Below are positions 41,182 through 49,062 of a DNA stretch of 49,062 nucleotides, one piece after another. Made by a program: the position numbers and the translations under genes. The number at the start of each line of letters is the position of its first letter. Position 1 is the first letter of the stretch. Source of the stretch: Gemmatimonadota bacterium (lineage in GTDB: Bacteria > Latescibacterota > UBA2968 > UBA8231); the NCBI GenBank assembly GCA_038153405.1, contig JAYOYH010000024.1, positions 14,674 to 63,735 on the forward strand, written 5' to 3'. The notes beneath the pieces are model-generated. The model was given only the letters and a program-made list of their open reading frames with translations, did not search any database and had not been told where the DNA came from.

Positions 41182-42220
41182 GGCGCCGAGGGGCCAATTC
41201 GGCAAAGGCGTCGATTATGCGCGGATAGAACAGGGCGAAGCGCGGATAGACGGCGCGATTTGACTCGTATTCTTCGAGGCGTTCGCTGAGGGTATGAACG
41301 TAGCGAAAGCCGCGCAGTGAATCGTCGCGCAGGGCGCGGTCACTCTCTTCCCGACTGAAGAACTGGCTGTGCAAGCGCGCCGTTACGGCGCGTATGACGT
41401 GTTCGTTGGCACAGTCCAACCAGCGCGTATAGCCGAGGTTCTGCATGGGGTTGGCTATGGGCAGATAGAGCTCGGCGTGCGCCAGCAGGGAATCGCCGTG
41501 GGCGCGGACCAAATCGTTGACAAAGGCGTGGCTGAATTCGTGCCAGACCAGTTCCAGCAAATGGGGGCGCGGGCCATAGGTGGGCTGGCCGTAGCGCGCG
41601 CCGGTTGGACCGAGCAGCGTGTAGACGTCGTAGGGACCACCCGGACGACCGATATGCGGGCCAAAGCCGCCGTGGTGTAGCAGAGGGCTGAGAATGAGGT
41701 GGTAGCTTATCTGGCGCGTGCCGTAGTAGGCTTCGACGGCGGCGATGGGATCGTGATCGCCGATAAGCGCGCGCACGTCTTCCTCCAAATCACCAAAAAG
41801 GCGCTGCTGGTCGTCGTAAAAACGCATGAAGGCGGTCTGCTGGGCAAAGCTGCGCAGAGCCGATACAAAGGCGTCGAAATTCTCCGGTCCGCTAAAGGCG
41901 GCGTAGATGGGCGGCGGCAGGGGGAACGCCTCTTCCAATGCAGGCGGGTCGGAAAGGTAGAGCATGGCGGTCGGATAGGCATCCGACCAGCCGTTGCTGC
42001 TGCTCAGAGCGCGGAACAGGCGCACGGCCGGATGATCAATATGCGATGAAAAGCGATTGAATACCACGCGTGCGTAGTGCGGATGATAGGGAGTGAGAAA
42101 GGGATAGCCGCTAAGCAGCTGCACAGTAGTGAGCAGTTCGATGCGCGGGTCTGTGCCGACGTGCAGGGAAGTGGCGCGAACGGGTAGAGCTAGGAGGAGG
42201 AGGACACAGGCTAGGCGCAC
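41138..42220 (-). CDS. DUF4932-like secreted protein (HExxH)
   Basis: Signal peptide, DPRIELL, WHEFSHAFVN, NEHVIRAV, YESNR..YP.F..FYP. Start could be 42220 or 42274. Confidence 0.78.
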   Translation of the reverse strand: MRLACVLLLLALPVRATSLHVGTDPRIELLTTVQLLSGYPFLTPYHPHYARVVFNRFSSHIDHPAVRLFRALSSSNGWSDAYPTAMLYLSDPPALEEAFPLPPPIYAAFSGPENFDAFVSALRSFAQQTAFMRFYDDQQRLFGDLEEDVRALIGDHDPIAAVEAYYGTRQISYHLILSPLLHHGGFGPHIGRPGGPYDVYTLLGPTGARYGQPTYGPRPHLLELVWHEFSHAFVNDLVRAHGDSLLAHAELYLPIANPMQNLGYTRWLDCANEHVIRAVTARLHSQFFSREESDRALRDDSLRGFRYVHTLSERLEEYESNRAVYPRFALFYPRIIDAFAELAPRRPNRPVGERVPPARD

Positions 42221-42316
42221 GGGCTCGGCGATGTACCTTGGCCTGTGCGTAGGGGGAGGTGCGCCCTTCCGCACGCATTCGAAAGCGGCGGGCGCGCACC
42301 GGTCTTCATCGCAGGA

Positions 42317-42703
42317 TTACGAATTCCAACTTGGGCCGCTGCTGCTGGTCGGTGGAACATCAGCGGCAACGGCCTCTGTGCTGGCAGCCTCATCGCTGTC
42401 ATCGGTCTGGGGATGGGCGCCGTGCAGGGCTTCCTTGAGCTGTTTGCCGGGCTTGAAATGGGTCTTGCGTCGCGCCGGCACGTAGACGACCTCGCCGGTG
42501 CGCGGATTGCGCGCGGCGGGCTTGGGTTTGGTATCCTTGACTTCGAGCACGCCGAACCCTCTGATTTCAATGCGGTTACCCTCAATTAATGTGTCGCGCA
42601 TTGCCTCGAAAAGACTGTCCACCATCTGCAGGGTGAGATTGTTCTTGCAGCCAATGGAATCTGCCACAGCGCGGGCGAGATCTTTTTTGGTAACAGTTGC
42701 CAC
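42317..42703 (-). CDS. HU/IHF family DNA-binding protein
   Basis: TKKDL, RIEIRGFG, ARNPRTGE, FKPGKQLK, then an acidic C-terminal extension. Confidence 0.94.
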   Translation of the reverse strand: MATVTKKDLARAVADSIGCKNNLTLQMVDSLFEAMRDTLIEGNRIEIRGFGVLEVKDTKPKPAARNPRTGEVVYVPARRKTHFKPGKQLKEALHGAHPQTDDSDEAASTEAVAADVPPTSSSGPSWNS

Positions 42704-42827
42704 GGAAAACCTCTCGCTGGATCGGAGTGACGGCGCTCTCGCACGGAGCGGCGATGGCCGGCGCGTTTTCCCGCGATGGGGACGTCGCTACTAAGCCATA
42801 TAAGATGTTGTGTTTACTGTAACTTGA

Positions 42828-42855
42828 ATTATACGAAATCTGTACTGTGAATCAA
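42828..42855 (-). promoter_or_regulatory. sigma70-type promoter for the HU/IHF gene
   Basis: Minus strand reads TTGATT-N16-TATAAT in an AT-rich patch about 125 nt upstream of the start. Confidence 0.65.
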
Positions 42856-43146
42856 GGAAAAAAATGGGGTGTGACTTATTTAGTAAAAAGAATGCGGGGC
42901 GGTATGAGAGAGGCTCGATCGAGTGGGTCCTCAAAGGCGCGGCTCGGACCGGGTGTGCTTTAGGTGCGACCGCGGGGGTGGCTCGGCCTCCGCTTATCTC
43001 CGTTGGCAAGAACGCTGGACAGTCTCTTCAGCGGTCGGATGGAGCGGGGCGTGAACGCGAGGAACAGCGCGGGTCGCTGGCGCCCATTTGCGCCAACGTT
43101 CGCCTAGTGAATAGATTACAAGTCGTTATGGGGATTGAACATCGCA

Positions 43147-44625
43147 ATGAATAGGGCGGTGGCTGAGAGGGCTGCTTCGGCCCCCCCGCGCGGGCGCATC
43201 AGGCAAAAACTCGTGCTCAGTTTTGTGCTGTTGGTCATGGTGTTGGTGGGGACGTCGGGCTGGGCGCTCGTCGAACTGACGCGGCGCAGCCTCGAGTGGC
43301 AGATGCGCGCACACTTAATGTCCACGGCTCAGTTGGTCAGTTCGGGGATTTCGGGCGATGTGCTACGCATTCTGGCGCCGGGGTGGGAGCATTCCGGGGT
43401 ATACCGAACCCTTGTGGCCAAACTGCGGCGGGCAAAGGAGGTCGTGGGGGCGCGACGGGTTTACGTCTTTGACCGCTTGGGGCGCAGTTTGCTCGATACG
43501 GAGGGCGTGCCGATAGGGCAGCAATACCACCATATTCGCATACGCGATCGCAGCGAAGTGGAACGCGCCCTCAGCGGTGAGGTCACCTATTCGGTGCTGT
43601 TCTTTACCGACGACGACGTCGCCTATATGACCGGTTATGCGCCGATCTACGACCGCGGTGAGGTCGTGGCAGCGGTCGGCGTGGACATCGGCGCTGGCTT
43701 TGTCGACTCGATCCACGTCTTCACGCGCTCGGTGCTGATTTTCGCTCTGCTCAGCGCCCTGTTGACCATTGTTGTAGCGTGGGGAATGGCGCTAAAACTG
43801 ACCCGGCCCATCCAGCAGTTGGTGCGCGCGGCACGGGAGATTGGCCAGGGCAAAATGGAGCATCATGTCGCTTCGACCAGCGACGATGAAATCGGCTATT
43901 TGGGCGAGGCGATGGAGGAGATGCGGCGCAAGCTCGTCGCCCGCGATGCCCAGCTCCGCCAAATGCTTGGAGGCGTCGCTCATGAAATACGTAACCCTTT
44001 GGGGGGCATTGAGATATATGCGGGACTTATAGCGGAAGATTTGCCGGATGGCGACGAGCGCAAGGAGCATATCCTTAAGGTCATACAGGAGGTGCGCAAA
44101 CTCGATCGGGTGATTTCTGAGTTTCTCAGCTTTGCGCGGCCTGCGCCGCCGATTGCCGGGCGCGTAGCTCTGGCTGAAGTGGTCGTCGATGCGGCTTTTC
44201 TGCTGGCGCCGGATATGGAGCGAGCGGCCGTTCAGTGCCGCCGGGAAATTGGCGCGGACCTGTCTGTTTACGCCGATCCCGAGCAGATTAAGCGCATGTT
44301 GTTCAACGTGATGAAAAACGCGGTGCAAGCCATGCGCGCAGGCGGAACGCTGACCGTTGCTGCCAAAGGCGAGGGAGACGCCGTGCGCATCGATATCATC
44401 GACGACGGTCCCGGGATGCGGCCTGAAGTGCGCGCCCGGCTATTCGAACCGTTTTTCACTACGAAAGAGCAGGGATCGGGCCTAGGGTTGGCGGTGGTCT
44501 CGCAGACGGTCAACGACAATGGAGGGCGCATCGAAGTGGAGAGCGGCGAGGGCGAGGGGACGGTATTCAGGATTTTTCTGCCCGCCGCACCGCCGGCGCG
44601 CTCGAACGGCGAGGGGGCTGACTAA
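43147..44625 (+). CDS. HAMP-domain sensor histidine kinase (NtrB/AtoS-like)
   Basis: Two TMs around a periplasmic domain, HAMP, AHEIRNPL (H box), KNAVQA, DDGPG, FEPFFTTK, GSGLGL. Start uncertain (43135-43159). Confidence 0.93.
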   Translation: MNRAVAERAASAPPRGRIRQKLVLSFVLLVMVLVGTSGWALVELTRRSLEWQMRAHLMSTAQLVSSGISGDVLRILAPGWEHSGVYRTLVAKLRRAKEVVGARRVYVFDRLGRSLLDTEGVPIGQQYHHIRIRDRSEVERALSGEVTYSVLFFTDDDVAYMTGYAPIYDRGEVVAAVGVDIGAGFVDSIHVFTRSVLIFALLSALLTIVVAWGMALKLTRPIQQLVRAAREIGQGKMEHHVASTSDDEIGYLGEAMEEMRRKLVARDAQLRQMLGGVAHEIRNPLGGIEIYAGLIAEDLPDGDERKEHILKVIQEVRKLDRVISEFLSFARPAPPIAGRVALAEVVVDAAFLLAPDMERAAVQCRREIGADLSVYADPEQIKRMLFNVMKNAVQAMRAGGTLTVAAKGEGDAVRIDIIDDGPGMRPEVRARLFEPFFTTKEQGSGLGLAVVSQTVNDNGGRIEVESGEGEGTVFRIFLPAAPPARSNGEGAD

Positions 44626-46032
44626 ATGAGTCGGATTCTGGTCATAGACGACAACGAAACGCTGGGTAGCGGCCTCGTGCTCACGCTAGACCGCATGGGA
44701 CACCAAAGCGCGGCTGCAACGAGCGGAGCTGCGGGAATGGACTATCTGCGCGGCCAGCGCTGCGACTTGGTCATCACCGACTATCGCATGGACGAAATGG
44801 ACGGGATGCAAGTCCTTGAGCAGGTCAAGGCGCAGTGGCCCGATACCGATGTTATGGTCATGACGGCCTATGGGACGATCGAAATAGCCGTGGAGGCGAT
44901 GAAGTGCGGCGCCATCGACTTCATCACCAAACCCTTTCCGCACGAAGCCCTGCGCCTGAAGGTCGAGAAGATTCTCGAGTACCGCACAACGCGACTCGAG
45001 CGGGAGCGCTTGGGCGAGGAAAACCGCTATCTGCGCGAGGAAATTGGCGGGCGCTATAACTTTGGCGAGATCGTCGGAGACTCTGCCCTGATGCGACAGG
45101 TCCTCTCGACGGTGCACAAAGTAGCGGCCAGCGATTCGTCGGTGCTCATCTACGGGGAGAGCGGTACGGGCAAGGAATTGGTTGCACGCGCCTTGCACCA
45201 CCAGAGCAATCGACGCGAAGGGCCCTTTGTGAAGGTCAACTGCGGGGCCCTGCCCCACGACTTGGTCGAGAGCGAACTCTTCGGACACGAGAAAGGCGCT
45301 TTTACCGGCGCCGTGCGCCTGAAAAAAGGTAAGTTTGAACTGGCCGAAGGGGGAACGATCTTCCTCGATGAAATCGGCGACGTGCCCATGGATACGCAGG
45401 TAAAGCTCCTGCGCGTGCTGCAGGAGCGCCAGTTTGACCGCGTCGGCGGCGAGCAGACGCTCGAGGCCGACGTGCGCGTCGTGGCGGCGACCAACCGCGC
45501 GCTGCGCGAAATGATGGTCGAAGGCACCTTTCGCGAGGACCTGTTTTATCGGCTTGAAGTCATACCCCTGCACTTGCCCCCGCTGCGCGCGCGCAAGGAC
45601 GACGTGCCGATGTTGGTGGCGCATTTTATGAAAAAAAAATGTGGGGAAATGAACATACCACTCAAGCGTCTACACGTCGAGGCACTGCAGGCACTGGGGC
45701 ACTATCCGTGGCCGGGCAATGTGCGCGAGTTGGAAAACGTTATCGAGCGCACCATCGTCCTATCCGACGGCGATGAAATCGCGCTGCAAGATGTGCCGCT
45801 GACCTTTGATGAGGCGCGCGCCAGTACTTCGCCCGTCGAAACGGCACTACAGGCAGAAAGCGCGGTTGTTCGGGATGGCCTTTCGCTCAATGAGCGCCTG
45901 GATCAGATAGAGCGCGATATGATTGTTCGCGCCATGGACGAAGCCGGGCACGTGAAGACGCGCGCGGCAGAGCTGTTGGGTGTAAAAACCAGCGCGCTCT
46001 ACTATAAACTAGAAAAATACGGCATAAGCTAA
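44626..46032 (+). CDS. sigma-54 dependent response regulator (NtrC/AtoC family)
   Basis: Receiver domain (IDD, TD, KP), GESGTGKE, GAFTGA, FLDE, WPGNVREL, Fis-type HTH. Confidence 0.96.
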   Translation: MSRILVIDDNETLGSGLVLTLDRMGHQSAAATSGAAGMDYLRGQRCDLVITDYRMDEMDGMQVLEQVKAQWPDTDVMVMTAYGTIEIAVEAMKCGAIDFITKPFPHEALRLKVEKILEYRTTRLERERLGEENRYLREEIGGRYNFGEIVGDSALMRQVLSTVHKVAASDSSVLIYGESGTGKELVARALHHQSNRREGPFVKVNCGALPHDLVESELFGHEKGAFTGAVRLKKGKFELAEGGTIFLDEIGDVPMDTQVKLLRVLQERQFDRVGGEQTLEADVRVVAATNRALREMMVEGTFREDLFYRLEVIPLHLPPLRARKDDVPMLVAHFMKKKCGEMNIPLKRLHVEALQALGHYPWPGNVRELENVIERTIVLSDGDEIALQDVPLTFDEARASTSPVETALQAESAVVRDGLSLNERLDQIERDMIVRAMDEAGHVKTRAAELLGVKTSALYYKLEKYGIS

Positions 46033-46977
46033 ATGGGCTACACACGGGTCATCTTGGCATTGTACCTTCTGTTGGCGCTGCCCCGCTTTTGCAGCGGCGA
46101 CGCCAATCGGATTGGCTTGCTGCGCTCCGAGTGGCGGCAGGCTAGTGCAGTGCGCGATTCGCTGGATCAGCAGCGCCGCCAGATCATGGCGCAGTCCGAG
46201 AGTTTGTCGACGCATATCGACAGCCTAAAGACGATTGACATCGATGACGAAGAGCTGCATCCGGCGCTGCGTTCATCGATGGTATTGGTGCAGAGTCTCG
46301 TGCTGTTGGATCGCTCACTGGATGCGGTGCGGACGCTTGAGGACAGCTTGCTCGAGCAGCTGCGCTTAGGCTATGATTGGGAAATAGGCGTGCTCATTCA
46401 GCAGCTACAGGATCGTCCGGACGAGGGGCTGCTGACGCAGCTGATGGTATATCAGGAGGCGCGTGAAGCGCTGGGTGCGCGCACGTCGGAGACCATATTA
46501 ACCTACGACGAGGGGATGGCGATTGGTCGGGACGACGGCCCCGAAGAGATTCGCCAAAAGCTAGAGCTGATGAACGATCTCGAACAAAACTTGCTCAACC
46601 AAGCGCAGAAGGTATCGGTTCATCTGCACAAACTCGAAGAGGAATATCGGCTGCGCGCGGTAATGCGCTCTTTCGTCGGCGAGGCGTACCGCATCGAGCG
46701 GACGCCGGGCGATGGCCCCAGCGCCGTCCGAACTTCCCGTGGCGCTGCCGGCAGCGGTGCGGCGACGACGTCGCTGGCAGCGACGCTGATGCGTGGAGTT
46801 GAAGGCGGTCAGCTCATCGTCGTCGAACAGGTCTCCAGCGACCGCGTGCTGCTGGAGATCCACAAGTGGAAGGCGCGCCAGCAGGAGATCGACGAATTAA
46901 TAGCCGTGGTGCGCGCGCGCGCAGAGGTGTTTCAGCGCCACTTACAGGAGATGTTTGAGGGGGTGCCAGCAAATTAA
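46033..46977 (+). CDS. secreted coiled-coil hypothetical protein
   Basis: N-terminal signal peptide and long heptad-like helices. Begins immediately after the regulator stop. Confidence 0.7.
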   Translation: MGYTRVILALYLLLALPRFCSGDANRIGLLRSEWRQASAVRDSLDQQRRQIMAQSESLSTHIDSLKTIDIDDEELHPALRSSMVLVQSLVLLDRSLDAVRTLEDSLLEQLRLGYDWEIGVLIQQLQDRPDEGLLTQLMVYQEAREALGARTSETILTYDEGMAIGRDDGPEEIRQKLELMNDLEQNLLNQAQKVSVHLHKLEEEYRLRAVMRSFVGEAYRIERTPGDGPSAVRTSRGAAGSGAATTSLAATLMRGVEGGQLIVVEQVSSDRVLLEIHKWKARQQEIDELIAVVRARAEVFQRHLQEMFEGVPAN

Positions 46978-47348
46978 GCGCTGGGGCTGTCGCCATGGCC
47001 GGGGAACTCGACCCCGCGCGCTTCTTGGCGCGTGCGAGTGCGCTCGGCGTGCAGCGCCCCTTTTAGTAGGTCGTGGGCGGGCCAGGGATCGATCTGACCA
47101 CAGCTAAATAGGTCGGCGGCAGCGAAGCGCCGTTCGGGCCAGGTGTGAATGGCCAAATGGCTTTCGCGCAGCGATAGCACGCCGCTCACTCCTTGGGGAG
47201 CAAAGCGGTGAAACGTGGCGGACAATACGTGTGCGGCGGCCGCCTCGGCGGCGCGGCGCAGCTGCGTTTCTATGTACTCAGCATCGTTGAGCAAGCGCCT
47301 GTCGCAGCCGTAAAAATCCATTAACAGATGGTGTCCTAGTGGGATCAT
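46974..47348 (-). CDS. speD: S-adenosylmethionine decarboxylase proenzyme family (short form)
   Basis: GHHLLMDFYGC, HRFAPQGVSG, ESHLAIHTWPE (autocleavage ES), DLFSCG. Confidence 0.9.
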   Translation of the reverse strand: MIPLGHHLLMDFYGCDRRLLNDAEYIETQLRRAAEAAAAHVLSATFHRFAPQGVSGVLSLRESHLAIHTWPERRFAAADLFSCGQIDPWPAHDLLKGALHAERTRTRQEARGVEFPGHGDSPSA

Positions 47349-48460
47349 TGGCTGCTACTCAGGACGAGGAGGGCAATCTCGGAAGGGGCGCCCAGGCGCA
47401 GTGGAGGCCCCCAGTAGCCGCTGCCGCTGTGCACGTAGAGCCAGGTCGATTCGTGGCGGTGCAGACCGGCTAAATACGTCTGCTGCAGAGGTACCACGTA
47501 TTTCCAGGGCACGAACTGGCCGCCGTGTGTGTGCCCGGATAGCTGCAGGTGGGCCCCGCGCGCTGCAAATACGCTGCGCGGTTGATGGGCCAGGAGTAGA
47601 ACCAGATCGGCCTGTGGAGCCCGTTCGAGTGCGCCCTCTGGGTCGGAGCGATGGTCGGGGACCATATCGCCTGCACTGTGGTCGGTGATGCCGACGACGG
47701 CTATGCGGGCGCCGCTATGGTCGATCAGATGGCTGTCGTTGAGCAGCACGCGAAAGCCGAGGCGCTGGGCCTGGGCGATCCAGTCGTGCACGCCAGAATA
47801 GTATTCGTGGTTGCCGGTGACCGAGTACAGGCCCAGCGGTGCGCACAGATCGCGCAGCGGTGCGACGTCCTCGGCTAGGCGCTCGACGGGCCCGTCGGCC
47901 ATATCGCCGGTGAAGACGACGATGTCCGGCTGCAGGGCGTTGGTGCGCTCGACTATGCGGCGCACAAAGTCTCCCTTTATCGTCGGACCAACGTGCAGGT
48001 CACTGATGTGCGCTATGCGCAAGCCATTCAACTCAGCCGGTAGTCCGTCGATGGGCAGGCTGATTCGGCGAACGGCGGGCGTGCGTCGCGCCTGATAGAA
48101 TCCCCACGATGCTGTGAGAATAGACAAGCCGAGGACGAGCGCGTCGAGTTGTTCGTGCGGCAAGGGAGGTGCGATGCCGCTCAGATCAAGGGCAATGCCC
48201 GCCAAATCGCGCAGCAGGAATAGGCTGGTCAGTAGAACGAAAAACCCCAGGCCGCCGTAGGCGATCCAACAATAGGCATCGCCGGCGCGGCTAAACTTCG
48301 GGTGCTCGCGCATGCGTGCGGCCAGCAGGGGAGAGAGCGCTAGCGTCCAAACCAGCATGGCGCCCAGGGCGCTCCACGGCATGGGTATATGGTCGAGGAG
48401 CCGCCAGCCGCCGTAGCCGTATACCAGCAGCAGCATCGACAGTGCGATGGGATAGAACAT
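47345..48460 (-). CDS. membrane-anchored metallophosphoesterase (YkuE/YaeI-like)
   Basis: Four N-terminal TMs, SDLH, TGD, GNHE, LAHQP, SGHTHGGQ, GPPLRLGAPSEI. Confidence 0.93.
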   Translation of the reverse strand: MFYPIALSMLLLVYGYGGWRLLDHIPMPWSALGAMLVWTLALSPLLAARMREHPKFSRAGDAYCWIAYGGLGFFVLLTSLFLLRDLAGIALDLSGIAPPLPHEQLDALVLGLSILTASWGFYQARRTPAVRRISLPIDGLPAELNGLRIAHISDLHVGPTIKGDFVRRIVERTNALQPDIVVFTGDMADGPVERLAEDVAPLRDLCAPLGLYSVTGNHEYYSGVHDWIAQAQRLGFRVLLNDSHLIDHSGARIAVVGITDHSAGDMVPDHRSDPEGALERAPQADLVLLLAHQPRSVFAARGAHLQLSGHTHGGQFVPWKYVVPLQQTYLAGLHRHESTWLYVHSGSGYWGPPLRLGAPSEIALLVLSSSQ

Positions 48461-48559
48461 AGGGCGTAGTTTTGGCCGATCTTACAGAGTGTGCAGGAAA
48501 AGTTAATTCTATGGGACGCTCCTTGCCAGAGCAAGGTCGTTTGAGAAAGGAGGCCGCGC

Positions 48560-49062
48560 ATGGCTGTCGTTTGCAGAGTAGGAGTTATCGCGTTGGTGCT
48601 GTGGGCAAGCGCCGGTTGGAGTACGGAGCCCGTTCGGACGCTGGAGGTATTGGGGGAGGGGCAGGTTGAAGTGGTTCCCGATATTGCCTATGTACAGGTG
48701 GGCGTGACCACCATTGCAGAAGATGTGGCACGGGCCTCTGCAGAAAACGCAGCGCTGGTCGAGCGCGTGCTGGCGGCCGTGGCCGCTGCTGGGGTCGCCC
48801 AGCGCGATATGGCGACGGGGCAGTACTCCGTCGCGCTCGAGCGGCCCTATGGCGATCGCGAACGCGGCGAGGAGATGTATCGGGTCAATGCTATGGTGGA
48901 AATAGCCATTCGCGACCTGCCGCGCGTTGGTCGCGTTATGGGCGCCGCCATGGCCGGTGGAGCCAACGAGATGCGCGGTCTGCGCATGGAGCTAGAGGAC
49001 CCGCGTAAGGCGCTGGTCGCGGCGCGCCAGTTGGCCGCCCAGGATGCGCGCGAAAAAGCCGA
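48560..49062 (+). CDS. SIMPL (DUF541) domain protein, 3' truncated
   Basis: Not in the ORF track because it has no stop in the window. AAGGAGG RBS, then MAVVCRVGVIALVLWASAGWS (signal), TLEVLGEGQVEVVPDIAYVQVGV, and later GANEMRGL...ARQLAAQDAREKA. Confidence 0.88.
   Translation, partial: MAVVCRVGVIALVLWASAGWSTEPVRTLEVLGEGQVEVVPDIAYVQVGVTTIAEDVARASAENAALVERVLAAVAAAGVAQRDMATGQYSVALERPYGDRERGEEMYRVNAMVEIAIRDLPRVGRVMGAAMAGGANEMRGLRMELEDPRKALVAARQLAAQDAREKA

Noticed and set aside
43078..43091. Possible sigma-54 promoter TGGCGCCCATTTGC upstream of the two-component system
   Set aside because: The GG to GC spacing is 9 nt rather than the strictly required 10.
42791..43154. Short ORFs in the HU/kinase intergenic region
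   Set aside because: No RBS or motifs; one spans the AT-rich HU promoter and the other starts just beside it.
44686..45624. 312 aa antisense ORF
   Set aside because: Shadow ORF opposite the well-supported sigma-54 regulator; such ORFs are common in GC-rich DNA and this one has no recognisable motifs.

Overview
A GC-rich, gene-dense bacterial chromosomal segment with about 50 CDS. I found no rRNA, tRNA, CRISPR array or mobile element. In order it holds: a truncated Nudix hydrolase; a complete mrpA-less Na+/H+ antiporter operon (mrpE-F-G-B-C-D-D-orf-D); a catabolic operon (alginate-lyase-like protein, amidase, GH51, two PhyH dioxygenases, GGT, purU); HAD, LysR, GNAT and pdxH; serS-folD followed by two epimerases, an AGE-like protein and an Asp-box sialidase-like protein; a minus-strand block (beta-propeller, HpcH aldolase, TPR, DUF4159); an AT-richer secreted HExxH protein with a C-terminal 'TAIQSASWGRIK' motif; an M20 peptidase; a PLP enzyme/enolase-superfamily/PhyH/DRE-TIM aldolase cluster; GH127 with a class III aminotransferase; DUF4932; HU/IHF; an NtrB/NtrC-type two-component system with a secreted coiled-coil protein; speD; a metallophosphoesterase; and a truncated SIMPL protein. 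The gene content and the SWGxIK tail suggest an uncultured Latescibacterota/Poribacteria-like organism (inference). The strongest leads are the orphan catabolic cluster around a GalrD-II-like enolase with altered active-site loops, the putative C-terminal sorting signal, two carbohydrate-enzyme homologues that appear to have lost catalytic residues, a PhyH enzyme with HxH instead of HxD, and an atypical SerRS. All family calls come from motif recognition by eye; no database search was run.
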